This document shows, piece after piece, positions 20,671 through 30,525 of a stretch of 64,000 bases of DNA. Source of the stretch: a virus; IMG/VR virus record IMGVR_UViG_3300044858_003284. One strand, written 5' to 3'. The notes under the pieces were generated by a model. The model was not told where the DNA came from. It did not search any database and saw only the letters and a program-made list of their open reading frames with translations. Position 1 is the first letter of the stretch; every line of letters starts with the position of its first letter. The position numbers and the translations under genes were made by a program.

Positions 20671-21000
20671 ATGACTATATTTGAAACTCTTAATTCATTT
20701 GGTATTACACCAATTCACCTACAGTTAGGCCTCTTGGCTCTTGCTGCAGTGTTTTTGGTTGCAGTATATTGGAAATTAATTGTGATTGGTGTAGGCATGA
20801 TTTTTTGTGTGGTTGTATTTGCTATGCCACATAAACTTGATTTGAGTAACCAATCAAATGAACCAATACTTAACAAAGTACCACCACCGCCTGCTGAATA
20901 CATAAAAGATTGTATTCGTTACACTGGCCATACCGCAGATGATTGCAGAAAGTTATGGTATGCAGAGCGTGGTGAAGGTGAAGAATTGAAGGAACTATAA
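20671..21000 (+). CDS. Membrane protein
   Basis: Two hydrophobic segments at the N-terminus. Confidence 0.6.
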   Translation: MTIFETLNSFGITPIHLQLGLLALAAVFLVAVYWKLIVIGVGMIFCVVVFAMPHKLDLSNQSNEPILNKVPPPPAEYIKDCIRYTGHTADDCRKLWYAERGEGEELKEL

Positions 21001-21221
21001 TGAATGATTCTGAATTAGAATTATTATCAAAAGATATTGATGAATCACTGGTGAGGTGGGTTGCTACATACAAAACCTCACCATTGAATATTTGTGGTGT
21101 AATGTTGGCAAGATTATTGTGGTTATCTAAACTATCAGATAGCCAAGAAGATTTTATTAAATTATTGGAAGCTCCAAAAGAAGTGTTTGAGAAAGAAAAA
21201 GAAAATAGACAGGTACATTAA

Positions 21222-22025
21222 ATGAAATTAGCATTAGCATCAGACCTCCATCTAGAATTTGGTCCTATCGTATTGGAAAATACGGAAGGTGCTGATGTAT
21301 TGCTCCTTTCTGGTGATATCTGTGTTGCTAAAGATTGCCTTGAACATGATAGTCCTATGCCTACAAAAAGGTCACAGGATATCCATGATTTCTTTTATGA
21401 TTGCTGCAATAAGTTTCCTCATGTTGTGTATATCATGGGTAATCACGAACATTATCATTATGATTACCAATATACAGTTAAAGATTTCAAAAAGAATTTG
21501 AAGTATTTACCTAATCTACAAATTCTGGACAAAGAAACATGGACTTTATTTGATGAGGTTACATTCATTGGTGGTACATTGTGGACGGATATGAACAATG
21601 AAGATCCAATTACTATGTGGCATGTTGGTAAGTCAATGAATGATTTTCGTTGTGTGAAGAATGGTGAAAGTGCCAGATTCTTGACCGATGATGCGGTGAA
21701 AGAACACCGTGCAATGGTTGAATTCATTTCTAAAACTGTTGAAGGCAAATTTGACCAAAAGTTTGTAGTGGTTGGACATCATGCACCAAGCCGTTTATCT
21801 ACTCATCCTCGCTATAAAGAGGAGGCCTTGATGAATGGTGGTTACAGTTCAGATTTGAATGACTTCATTTTAGAACGACCACAAATTAAATTGTGGACTC
21901 ATGGTCACACACACGAAGATTTCGATTACATGATTGGCACAACCAGAGTGGTTTGTAATCCTCGTGGTTACATTGGTTATGAGAATCGTGCCGATAATTT
22001 TGCATTGAAATATTTGGAAGTATAA
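21222..22025 (+). CDS. Calcineurin-like metallophosphoesterase
   Basis: SDLH, GD, GNHE, HHAP, HGHTH, NPRGY motifs. Confidence 0.92.
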   Translation: MKLALASDLHLEFGPIVLENTEGADVLLLSGDICVAKDCLEHDSPMPTKRSQDIHDFFYDCCNKFPHVVYIMGNHEHYHYDYQYTVKDFKKNLKYLPNLQILDKETWTLFDEVTFIGGTLWTDMNNEDPITMWHVGKSMNDFRCVKNGESARFLTDDAVKEHRAMVEFISKTVEGKFDQKFVVVGHHAPSRLSTHPRYKEEALMNGGYSSDLNDFILERPQIKLWTHGHTHEDFDYMIGTTRVVCNPRGYIGYENRADNFALKYLEV

Positions 22026-22716
22026 TGAAAGTTGCAATTAATAAACAACATGGTGGTTTTGGCCTCTCCGACAAAGCCTTTGAAAAGCTTTTGCAGTTGA
22101 GAGGCATTGAATTTGAAAGTGTTGAAAGTAAATATGGTGGCATAGATTACTATGTTAAAGGTTATGTTGGTGATGATAATTATTTCATTTCACAATATGA
22201 ACATTACTCACCACGAAATGATGAGAATTTAATTTCTGTCATTGAGGAATTTGGTGTCGAAGCCAATGGCTTTGCCGCTTCACTAAAAATTGTGGAAATT
22301 CCAGATGACGTGGAATGGCAAATTGATGAGTATGATGGTTGGGAATGGATTGCCGAAAAACATAGAATTTGGGAATAATTATGGGAATGTTTGATTATAT
22401 TACTTACGAAGGACATGAATATCAAACCAAAGATACTCCTGCTCAGGCGTGTGATAATTATAAGATTGAGAATAATATTCTTTGGTATGAAAACTATGAT
22501 GCCGAATGGATAGATGATAATGATGGTCTTTTGGGTGGTTACTTAAAGAAGTTTAATGAACGCTGGGATATGTGTGATAAGTTTGATGGACTGGTCCGAT
22601 TCTATCGTGAAGATGAAGATAATGGTGGTTATAAGGCCGATAAGTGGATAGAATACAAAGCTCTATTCATGGATGGTAAAATATTAAAGATTGAGAAAAT
22701 CGATAACCAGAATTGA
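22025..22716 (+). other. Two hypothetical ORFs (22025-22378; ~22381-22716)
   Basis: MKVAINK.HGGFGLS...EIPDDV.W.I.EYDG.E family, and MGMFDYI...YQTKD family. Confidence 0.65.
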
Positions 22717-22755
22717 AAAATATCATTAGACAAAACCACATTATAGTGATAAACT
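22690..22755 (+). promoter_or_regulatory. Putative OxyR-type (LysR) binding site abutting a sigma70 promoter
   Basis: ATTG-N7-CGAT-N7-ATTG-N7-TCAT (22690-22726), directly followed by TAGACA, 17 nt spacer ending TGa, TAAACT. Confidence 0.65.
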
Positions 22756-22800
22756 ATGTATACATATTATTGTTAGTTTTTAACTATTAAAGGAGATAAT

Positions 22801-22947
22801 ATGGAATTGCAGTATATTTGTACCGTATGTGGCCATGTCCACGATGATGAAAAAGAAGGCAAGTTTGAGGAGTTGTCTGACCTCTTTACTTGTCCAGAAT
22901 GTGGTTGTTTTAAAGATGAATATTATTCAATAGTAAAGGAGAAATAG
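22801..22947 (+). CDS. Rubredoxin (48 aa, missed by the ORF track)
   Basis: MELQYICTVCGHVHDDEKEGKFEELSDLFTCPECGCFKDEY..., two CxxCG knuckles; AAGGAG RBS. Confidence 0.88.
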   Translation: MELQYICTVCGHVHDDEKEGKFEELSDLFTCPECGCFKDEYYSIVKEK

Positions 22948-22948
22948 T

Positions 22949-23389
22949 ATGGCAAAATCAGTAAAAGGTACTCGTACCGAAGCAGCATTGAAAGAGGCAT
23001 TTGCAGGTGAATCACAGGCCAATCGCCGTTATTTGTATTTCGCAAACATGGCCGATGTGGCAGGTTCACCAGATGTAGCCGCTGTGTTCCGTTCTACCGC
23101 TGAAGGTGAAACAGGTCATGCACATGGCCACATGGAATATCTATTGACTGGTGGTGCTGGTGATCCAGGTACTGGTCTATCGACTGCAACTGTAGCAGAA
23201 GCATTAGAATCGGCCATTCACGGCGAAACCCATGAATACAGCGATATGTATCCTGGTATGGCCAAGACCGCTCGTGATGAAGGCTTTGATGAGATTGCTG
23301 ATTGGTTCGAAACATTGGCTAAAGCAGAGCGTAGTCATGCCAATAAATTCCGTAAAACTTTAGAAGCACATAAAGCAGAACAAGCTTAA
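22949..23389 (+). CDS. rbr: Short-chain rubrerythrin (no fused rubredoxin domain)
   Basis: [47 protein letters not shown] diiron ligands. Confidence 0.93.
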   Translation: MAKSVKGTRTEAALKEAFAGESQANRRYLYFANMADVAGSPDVAAVFRSTAEGETGHAHGHMEYLLTGGAGDPGTGLSTATVAEALESAIHGETHEYSDMYPGMAKTARDEGFDEIADWFETLAKAERSHANKFRKTLEAHKAEQA

Positions 23390-24225
23390 TGAAAAAAGTA
23401 TTGATAACCGGCAGTTCTGGTTACATTGGCCAACACCTCGTAAAACTCCTCAAAAAGGATGACTACGAGGTTTTTGGTCTTGATAAGAACACCAGATTTA
23501 ATGATTACTTGTCACCAAATCATTTTATCAAATTAGATATTGCTGAGAACTTTGTAAAGTGGCCAACCACAGTATTTGATACTGTTGTGCATCTTGCAGC
23601 TCTTGTAAAAGTAGGTGAATCGGTAACGAGACCGATATCATACTACGATACCAATATCAATGGTACTGTAAATGTATTACAAGAAACATTTTTTAAGAAT
23701 TTTGTGTTTGCATCGACAGGCACAGCCGCTAATCCCATCAACCCATACGCTTTGAGTAAAAGATGTGCTGAAGATGTGGTCGAAAGATATTGTATTGAAA
23801 ATTCAAAAACTTTCACCTCTTTCAGATTTTATAATGTGATTGGGTCTGATGGGATTGCACCAACGAATCCAGATGGTTTAATGGCCAATTTAATCAAAGC
23901 CAAAGAAACTGGCGTATTCAGCCTGTATGGTGGTGATTACAATACAGAAGATGGTACACCAATTCGTGATTATGTTCATGTGAATGAGATATGTGAGTCT
24001 ATTAAAATGGCAATCGAAACACCAGCAAACAAATTAGAGAATCTAGGTCATGGTAAAGGTCATTCGGTATTACAAATGGCTACCACATTTAGATTGGTAA
24101 ATGAATGTAATTTCCAAATCAACTATTGCCAAAGGCGTGAAGGTGATTTAGAATATAGTGTGTTAGATAATCCATCGTCTTACCTAAAACCTGTTTATAC
24201 ATTACCACAATTATTGAAAATATAA
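23389..24225 (+). CDS. NAD-dependent epimerase/dehydratase (GalE-like)
   Basis: ITGSSGYIG, HLAA, YALSK (YxxxK), RFYNV, RDYVHV, RREGD. Confidence 0.9.
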   Translation: MKKVLITGSSGYIGQHLVKLLKKDDYEVFGLDKNTRFNDYLSPNHFIKLDIAENFVKWPTTVFDTVVHLAALVKVGESVTRPISYYDTNINGTVNVLQETFFKNFVFASTGTAANPINPYALSKRCAEDVVERYCIENSKTFTSFRFYNVIGSDGIAPTNPDGLMANLIKAKETGVFSLYGGDYNTEDGTPIRDYVHVNEICESIKMAIETPANKLENLGHGKGHSVLQMATTFRLVNECNFQINYCQRREGDLEYSVLDNPSSYLKPVYTLPQLLKI

Positions 24226-24226
24226 A

Positions 24227-24856
24227 ATGAAAGTTTATTTGTCATGTTACCGTAGTCATTGGATTTCTCCATATAAAATTATGGAGAAAATTATCTTTTG
24301 GCGTGAGATTGATTATGAAGAGCCTTTCATTGAGAAATGCAATACCATTCTCTCACCTATTTGCACCGCCATTCACAAGGTGCTTGACTTCATTCATCCA
24401 CAAATTAACTATGTGAAGATTGACCGATGGGATACATGGTCAATGGATCATACATTGGCTGAAATCATTCTACCAATGCTTAAGCAACTCAAAGCAGAAT
24501 CACATGGTTCACCTTTTGTTGATGAAGAAGATGTACCAAAAGAAATGCGTAGTGGCAAAAAGAAAAGTAAAAAGATGGTTGATCCATCTATACAAGCATT
24601 AGAATCAAGTGAAGATGATATGATTCATGAGCGCTGGCAATATGTCCTTGGTGAAATGATTTGGGCATTTGAACAGAAAGTAATTGATGATGCAGAAAGC
24701 AAGTTCTTTGATTACTCAGAAAGTAAAGGCAAGTTGCCATGGCATGAAGATTATGTTGGACCTAAAGTAGATTGGGACGGCTTGAACGCACACAATGAAA
24801 GAAAGCGTAACGCATTTAGACTATTTGGAAAATATTACGAAAACCTTTGGGATTGA
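24227..24856 (+). CDS. Conserved phage hypothetical protein
   Basis: 209 aa; DTWSMDHTLA.II.PML...RW.YVL.EMIWAFE...LFGKYYENLWD. Confidence 0.7.
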   Translation: MKVYLSCYRSHWISPYKIMEKIIFWREIDYEEPFIEKCNTILSPICTAIHKVLDFIHPQINYVKIDRWDTWSMDHTLAEIILPMLKQLKAESHGSPFVDEEDVPKEMRSGKKKSKKMVDPSIQALESSEDDMIHERWQYVLGEMIWAFEQKVIDDAESKFFDYSESKGKLPWHEDYVGPKVDWDGLNAHNERKRNAFRLFGKYYENLWD

Positions 24857-25028
24857 TATGATATCATACTATCGTTATTGGCAGGCAGTGAATCGTTTAG
24901 AATCATCACAAAAGACCATCGATATGATGGAACCAGATGTACCAAACATGGTACAGGCACAGCATGAAATGATTCAAAGAGAAGTGGAATATTACCAGGA
25001 AGAATCACAGAAGTTTACCTTAATTCTA

Positions 25029-25057
25029 TTGACATTGGCTGCTTTTGTTGGTATAAT
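25029..25057 (+). promoter_or_regulatory. Consensus sigma70 promoter
   Basis: TTGACA, 17 nt spacer ending TGg, TATAAT. Confidence 0.7.
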
Positions 25058-26037
25058 GTTAATATTATATACTCAAGGAATGATTCATGTTTAAGAAAAT
25101 TAATGAATGGTTACAAACAAATAAAACTTTGTTTTTTGTTGCCGTTGTTGTGTTTGGTCTAACTTTCTATTACACGCCATACTTTATGAATTTGCCGGTC
25201 AATGGTAACTTTGACGGTGGTATTCAAAACAAATTAGTTTGGTCGGTGAAAGGTGAATGTTTTTTTGTTCGACCATTGAACCAAACTGATACATTGTTAG
25301 TTCGTGTTAAAGATTGTGATAAAGTTGAAGTAATTCAAAAGGTAGGTAAATGAAAACCAATAAAGATTTTAGATTAAGTAAGTCAACAAAGCGTATACTC
25401 GCTCTAATGCCACAGGATAAACGTGGTCATTGGAAGAATATGATGATCGAAGCAGAAGTAATGGAAAAACGTGCCAAGATGGCCAAATTAACTATGAAAG
25501 AAAAGGGAGATGAGTGATGTCATTATTCGTTGAAGTAGATTCTATTGAAAAAGATTGTAAAGTAATTATAAACCTAGATGGTATTGGTGAAATTGCACCG
25601 TTATCTGCTGGTGGTTGTGCCTTGTTCTTATTACAAGGTGGCGTAATCAAGGTCAAAAATTCGTATGACGATTTCAAACAATTTGCCATGCAAACTGTAT
25701 CATCAGCCGATATTGCTAAACAAGTTAAGGCATTGAAAGGTTCTACCAAAAATTTGGAGATTCCAACACTATGAGCAAGTTTACATTTATTTGTGAAGAT
25801 GAACCAATGCCATTTGCGGATTCTGTAATCACCAAAAGAACATTTGAATTCAATGCTGATTGTTTAGATTCTGTCATTGGTGAATTCGAATCGTTTCTAC
25901 GTGGTTGTGGTTTTAGTTTAGATGGTTACTTAGAAGTTGTGAGACCTGATCAAAAAATTGTTGAAGATGATGACGATATGGATGATTTAGATTCAATTTT
26001 TGGTGGCAAAAGCCTCATCAAATCGAATGAGTGTTAA

Positions 26038-26322
26038 TTGAACGATTTATTCTACAATTTATTTGATTGGATCCGTGATGATTGGAAATCTGGTAAAATC
26101 CGTTTTATTGTGGAGTTATTGGCGTGGGCGATATCTATTGGATGTTCTATTGTTATGGCTCTTACGGTACCAACACCACCCCTCCTCATTTTATATCCTA
26201 TTTGGATTCTTGGTTGTGCTATGTATGCTTGGGCTGCCTATACTCGCAAATCATTTGGTATGTTGGCTAACTACATTTTGTTAACCACTATTGATACAAT
26301 CGGTTTAATTAGAATGCTATGA
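26038..26322 (+). CDS. Small integral membrane protein
   Basis: Three hydrophobic helices. Confidence 0.65.
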   Translation: MNDLFYNLFDWIRDDWKSGKIRFIVELLAWAISIGCSIVMALTVPTPPLLILYPIWILGCAMYAWAAYTRKSFGMLANYILLTTIDTIGLIRML

Positions 26323-26921
26323 ATATTTTTTATCTTGATCATTGTCCTGTAAAATGTGCTGAGTATCATGTTGATAAACATTGTGTCAAAATGATCCTTG
26401 AATATTGCCAATTACTCTCAACGGCACACCGTATTCTTGATGGCCAAGAAGTGATTGCAGAATCTAAAACTGGTCGTAAAGTTAAACGCTGGATTTTACC
26501 TGACGAAAGAGAAACGATTCTCTATTCAGCCACACACATCAACCATCCATCGGCTGTGTGGTGTCGCCAATCGGATTCAAATTACATTTGGCTGAGTAAG
26601 CTACTGAAGGAATTGTGTAAAGAATATACCTATCGCTATGGCAAGGTACACAAATGTGAAGCTGATGGTTTGGTCAAAGCATTATTTTGGAATCTACCAA
26701 AGAACTTACCAAAGGCGGTAAGTTTTACTGGTCCCACACCTGCTATGCCTGATGCCTGTAAGGTACCAGGTGATTCATTAAAATCTTATCGTAATTACTA
26801 TATCATGGAAAAACAAAGAATGTGGTCATGGAAAGGAAAGATAAATAAGAGAGAGGTGCCACCTTTTATGAAGGATTGGTTCCGACAAATGAATGAATCA
26901 CTTGCACATGAGTATAGTTAA
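26319..26921 (+). CDS. Pyrimidine dimer DNA glycosylase / endonuclease V-like
   Basis: MNIFYLD..P...A..H.DKH.VKMILEY.QLLSTAHR, THINHP..VW, Y.YRYGKVH, SYRNYY. Confidence 0.8.
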   Translation: MNIFYLDHCPVKCAEYHVDKHCVKMILEYCQLLSTAHRILDGQEVIAESKTGRKVKRWILPDERETILYSATHINHPSAVWCRQSDSNYIWLSKLLKELCKEYTYRYGKVHKCEADGLVKALFWNLPKNLPKAVSFTGPTPAMPDACKVPGDSLKSYRNYYIMEKQRMWSWKGKINKREVPPFMKDWFRQMNESLAHEYS

Positions 26922-27202
26922 TGCCAACCTATGATTTTTTGAATAAACAAACAAATACAATCGAAGAACACCGTATGTCCTACACGGTGTTAGAAGAATT
27001 CAAACAAAATAATCCACACCTAGAATTACACATTTCTGCTGGCAATCTACCAGTATTCTCTGACGCTGGTCGTATGAATGTGCCTGGCACAAAGACTGCG
27101 GATGCTGCCTTTGAACGTGGTGTGATTCAGCGTATCAAAGATACGGTGCCTGGAAATACTCTACACAAATCACACAAAACAAAGATGCCTAGAGAATGGT
27201 AA
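26921..27202 (+). CDS. FmdB-like small protein
   Basis: MPTYDF.N..T start, as in the conserved T4-like FmdB-type gene. Confidence 0.55.
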   Translation: MPTYDFLNKQTNTIEEHRMSYTVLEEFKQNNPHLELHISAGNLPVFSDAGRMNVPGTKTADAAFERGVIQRIKDTVPGNTLHKSHKTKMPREW

Positions 27203-27486
27203 TAGTGAATAACCAACTCCCTTATCTACTTAATATTAGGAGGTCAGACAATGGCAAAGTTAATCCTGTAGAAAAAACTCATAAAATTCCCAAGTATAAT
27301 AAAAATAACACAAGGAGTTTGGATGAGCAAAAAGAGAATGATGTCAAAGCAGCAGCGGTTATATTACGAACAAAACAGGAAAGAAAGAGTTAGAGAAGAA
27401 CTTGTCGAATATATAAAAGACAAACACTCATTAGAAAAAATAAGACCTGATGGATTAGCAAAAAATATATTATATTGAGGATTTAA

Positions 27487-28086
27487 ATGAATAAAAATGT
27501 GCAGTTTGATAATTTTGTTGGCATATATGATGGATTTTATTCCAGTGAGTATTGCAAAGCGATGATTGATTATTTGGAATTTATGGATTCCATGGGTAAA
27601 ACATGGCAAAGAGATTACACAACCGAGATAAAAAAATCAGACACCTCCCTTAATCTTCTAGAACCAACTTCAATATCATTTTCTAGGGACAATTTAGGTC
27701 CTTATTTCGATACTTTCACCAATACATTATGGCAGGAATGTTATCCACAGTATTCTAAAGAATATTCTGTATTACAAACTTTGCCTCAGCAAATGATCTA
27801 CACCATAAAAATACAAAGAACAAAACCAACTGAAGGTTATCATATTTGGCATTGTGAATCTAGTGGCCGTGATATGACATCTAGAATGTCGGTGTTCTTA
27901 TTGTATTTGAATACGATTCGAAGTGGTGGTGAAACAGAATTCTTATACACAGGACAGAGAATTGAACCAGTAGAAGGACGATTATTGATATGGCCAGCAT
28001 CATACACACATACACATCGTGGAAATCCACCACTAGGCGGACAAACGAAGTATGTTATTACTGGCTGGATTGAGTATGTGAACTAA
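27487..28086 (+). CDS. 2OG-Fe(II) oxygenase
   Basis: WHCE (HxE), YLN...GGETEF, HTHRGNPP..TKYVITGW. Confidence 0.88.
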   Translation: MNKNVQFDNFVGIYDGFYSSEYCKAMIDYLEFMDSMGKTWQRDYTTEIKKSDTSLNLLEPTSISFSRDNLGPYFDTFTNTLWQECYPQYSKEYSVLQTLPQQMIYTIKIQRTKPTEGYHIWHCESSGRDMTSRMSVFLLYLNTIRSGGETEFLYTGQRIEPVEGRLLIWPASYTHTHRGNPPLGGQTKYVITGWIEYVN

Positions 28087-28087
28087 A

Positions 28088-28747
28088 ATGTTTAAATATT
28101 GTCCACCAAAAAATCTAGATGATTTAGAAGCAGAAACTTTTCCTGATGGCAGGAGATTTTATGTATTGCCAGACGGCACAAAACTACCATCAGTAACAAC
28201 AGTTCTTGGTGCTCAAAAGAAACAGGCCATCATGGAATGGCGCAAGCGTGTTGGTGAAGATGTTGCAAATCAAATAACGAAGAAAGCGACCTCTCGTGGT
28301 ACGGCAGTGCATTCGTTATGTGAAGATTATCTAAACAATAAAACAATTACACCTGGTATTAAATTAGATGCTTATGAAATGTTTTTATCGATTAAACCAT
28401 TTCTTAATCGTATTAATAACATACATTATCAAGAACAGGCATTATGGTCTAAACAATTAGGCATGGCAGGTCGTGTAGATTGTATTGGTGAATATGATGG
28501 TGTATTATCGGTGATTGATTTCAAAACTTCTAAGGCACCAAAAGATAGAAGCAGCATACAAGAATATTTCTGGCAAACTGCCGCATATGCTTTGATGTAT
28601 GAGGATATGATTGGTAAACCCATAGACAATACGGTAATCATTATGGCGGTAGAGAATGAAAAACCATTGGTCTTCCAACAGAAAACGGCAGAGTATATCG
28701 ATGGATTAGTGGAAGCTATCGTTTATTACAATAAAAATAAGAAATAA
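28088..28747 (+). CDS. PD-(D/E)XK exonuclease (Cas4-like phage exonuclease)
   Basis: PSVTTVL, RGTAVH, AGRVDC...IDFKTS, Q..AYA motifs. Confidence 0.88.
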   Translation: MFKYCPPKNLDDLEAETFPDGRRFYVLPDGTKLPSVTTVLGAQKKQAIMEWRKRVGEDVANQITKKATSRGTAVHSLCEDYLNNKTITPGIKLDAYEMFLSIKPFLNRINNIHYQEQALWSKQLGMAGRVDCIGEYDGVLSVIDFKTSKAPKDRSSIQEYFWQTAAYALMYEDMIGKPIDNTVIIMAVENEKPLVFQQKTAEYIDGLVEAIVYYNKNKK

Positions 28748-28771
28748 AGTGGTAAACTTGTAGCTTTCTGG

Positions 28772-28800
28772 TTGCCTATATAAGTATAAACACTTATAAT
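28772..28800 (+). promoter_or_regulatory. sigma70 promoter upstream of two small membrane ORFs and the tmRNA
   Basis: TTGCCT, 17 nt spacer, TATAAT. Confidence 0.6.
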
Positions 28801-28809
28801 AGGAACACT

Positions 28810-28938
28810 ATGCAAAACAAATATTGGAAAAAACTCTGCACTCCCGAGCAGAATCGGCAACAAATGGGAGCTCTCAAAGTATTGGCTGGGGGTTTAAGTT
28901 TTCTTTTTATTATTTGGTTGTTAGAAAGGATTCTGTAA
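28810..28938 (+). CDS. Small membrane protein (42 aa)
   Basis: AGGA RBS; MQNKYWKKLCTPEQNRQQMGALKVLAGGLSFLFIIWLLERIL. Confidence 0.55.
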   Translation: MQNKYWKKLCTPEQNRQQMGALKVLAGGLSFLFIIWLLERIL

Positions 28939-29048
28939 TGCCTAGCAAAGATTGTGTTAAAGAATATAAAGTAAGAAGTTTTGCTTTCTACATGGGTGCT
29001 TGTGCATTTGCTGTAGGTGTATTGGCAATACTTTTTGCATTAACTTAA
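28938..29048 (+). CDS. Small membrane protein (36 aa)
   Basis: TAATG coupling; MPSKDCVKEYKVRSFAFYMGACAFAVGVLAILFALT. Confidence 0.55.
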   Translation: MPSKDCVKEYKVRSFAFYMGACAFAVGVLAILFALT

Positions 29049-29049
29049 T

Positions 29050-29356
29050 TCGTAGAAGTTGTTTGAAAGTTGTTGTGGACGGCAGTTCAATTCTGCTCAC
29101 CTCCACCAAAAGTATATTGACAAACCAGGTTCTTGGTAGCAAACTCGTAAGAGGCAATATACTTCTGATGGGGGTGCAAGGTTTCGACATAGCGATTAGT
29201 ATAACAATGGAGAATCGTCAAAGCTAAAGACGTTAGGGTTGAGGATACTCGGCCGAAGAAGCAAAAACTATAAATGCAAATGACGAAAGTTATGCACTTG
29301 CTGCCTGATAGGTAAGCGGAGTTTCGCCAGGTGAACTTAGCAACAGAATCACCTGG
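29050..29356 (+). ncRNA. ssrA: Circularly permuted (two-piece) tmRNA; outer ends approximate
   Basis: T-arm GGCAG-TTCAATT-CTGCT and CACCTCC-A-CCA (ends 29108) lie upstream of the 5' GGGGGTG...TTCGAC (starts 29170). G3:U70 pair present. Tag ANDESYALAA* at 29276-29308. Confidence 0.92.
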
Positions 29357-29426
29357 ATAAATAATATATCAGCAACACACAAACCGCTGATACATTACAC
29401 ACATTAACACACACAAGGAGAAGTAA

Positions 29427-29705
29427 ATGAGTATGACACCCTATGAGATACGGCTAGAACTCTTAAAAATGGCCAAAGATATGCTTTCTGATGAGTATTA
29501 CAGTAAGAAAGAGATTATATCAAACCAGTGGTCAACCAAGGTAGAAGAATCCAAAATTAACGGAACAACTTCACCAGAACATCCAGGTTTTCCACCATTT
29601 CCCACAGAAGATGAAATTGTAAAGAAAGCGGAAGCTCTCAATCAATTTGTTTCTCAAACCCCTCCACAACCTGAAGTTAAAGTAAAGACGAAAACGAATT
29701 CGTAA
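29427..29705 (+). CDS. Conserved hypothetical protein
   Basis: TPYEIRLELLKMAKDML...P...EI..KAE.LN.FVS; late-promoter-like GATAAATA at 29356-29363; AAGGAG RBS. Confidence 0.75.
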   Translation: MSMTPYEIRLELLKMAKDMLSDEYYSKKEIISNQWSTKVEESKINGTTSPEHPGFPPFPTEDEIVKKAEALNQFVSQTPPQPEVKVKTKTNS

Positions 29706-29759
29706 TTGGAGACCAAGGCGGTCAGAAGATTTGGCCGCCGTAATCAATAAGGAAGAAAG

Positions 29760-30302
29760 ATGTTTAAATTTAACACACAGAAGTTTAACACATTAGCAGT
29801 AATATTAGCAGTATTAACGATTGTATATACAGCACCAACTCTTTCGAGAGAGTTTGTTACTAGTGCAACACAGAAACAAGTATCTGCAGATTATCAAAAG
29901 CAAGTAGAATGCCTTGCTAAAAACATTTATTATGAATCTGCCGGTGAAACATATGAAGGAAAACTAGCCGTAGCACAGGTCACATTGAATCGTGTAAATA
30001 GTGGCATTTTCCCTAAAGATATATGCTCGGTTGTTTATCAAAAAACAACTGATCAAAATTTAAGAACAGTTTGCCAATTTTCTTGGACTTGTATGGTTAA
30101 AGAAATGGTACACATTCATGATCGGTATAGATGGGAAGAATCTCATTTAATTGCAAAAAGAGCATTGACAGTTCCAGTCCTACATGATAAGATAGCAGAA
30201 ACAAATGCGTTGTATTACCACGCCACTTATGTAAATCCTGGTTGGAATAAAAATAAGGTCGTAACAAAAATAGGTAATCATATATTTTACAGTAGAATTT
30301 AA
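29760..30302 (+). CDS. SleB-like cell wall hydrolase (Hydrolase_2) with N-terminal membrane anchor
   Basis: CLAKNIYYES.GE...AVAQVTLNRV, CQFSW, YYHATYV.P.W, IGNHIFY. Confidence 0.9.
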   Translation: MFKFNTQKFNTLAVILAVLTIVYTAPTLSREFVTSATQKQVSADYQKQVECLAKNIYYESAGETYEGKLAVAQVTLNRVNSGIFPKDICSVVYQKTTDQNLRTVCQFSWTCMVKEMVHIHDRYRWEESHLIAKRALTVPVLHDKIAETNALYYHATYVNPGWNKNKVVTKIGNHIFYSRI

Positions 30303-30303
30303 T

Positions 30304-30525
30304 ATGCCCACCCGTGATGAAATTAAGAAGTTTAGTATGATGATTGAAGAAATGACGGCAGATAAAAAGATAGGTTATATGGATGCTATCTGCCATCATT
30401 GTAAAGAAACTGGACTAGAAATAGAAGTAGCAGCAACTTTAATATCTTCTGCTTTGAAAGCAAAAATTAAAGAAGAAGCACAAGAAAATAATTTATTGAA
30501 AAAGAGTTCGAAACTGCCTATATGA
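30304..30525 (+). CDS. gp33: Late promoter transcription co-activator gp33
   Basis: YMDAI...C....EIE....IS..LKAKIK.EA...NLL; lies upstream of gp59. Confidence 0.85.
   Translation: MPTRDEIKKFSMMIEEMTADKKIGYMDAICHHCKETGLEIEVAATLISSALKAKIKEEAQENNLLKKSSKLPI

Noticed and set aside
28088-28747. Cas4-like nuclease as a sign of a CRISPR system
   Set aside because: No repeat-spacer array or other cas genes were seen; this is the usual phage exonuclease.
28824-29048. 74-aa ORF, and a possible -1 frameshift at TGG AAA AAA with an H-type pseudoknot (TCTGC/GCAGA, CTCCC/GGGAG)
   Set aside because: The heptamer is not X_XXY_YYZ and the structure starts with no spacer. Two coupled small ORFs (28810-28938, 28938-29048) explain the region more simply.
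28957-29227. ORFs 28957-29190 (-) and 29000-29227 (+)
   Set aside because: They overlap the tmRNA gene and lack an RBS or protein-like features.
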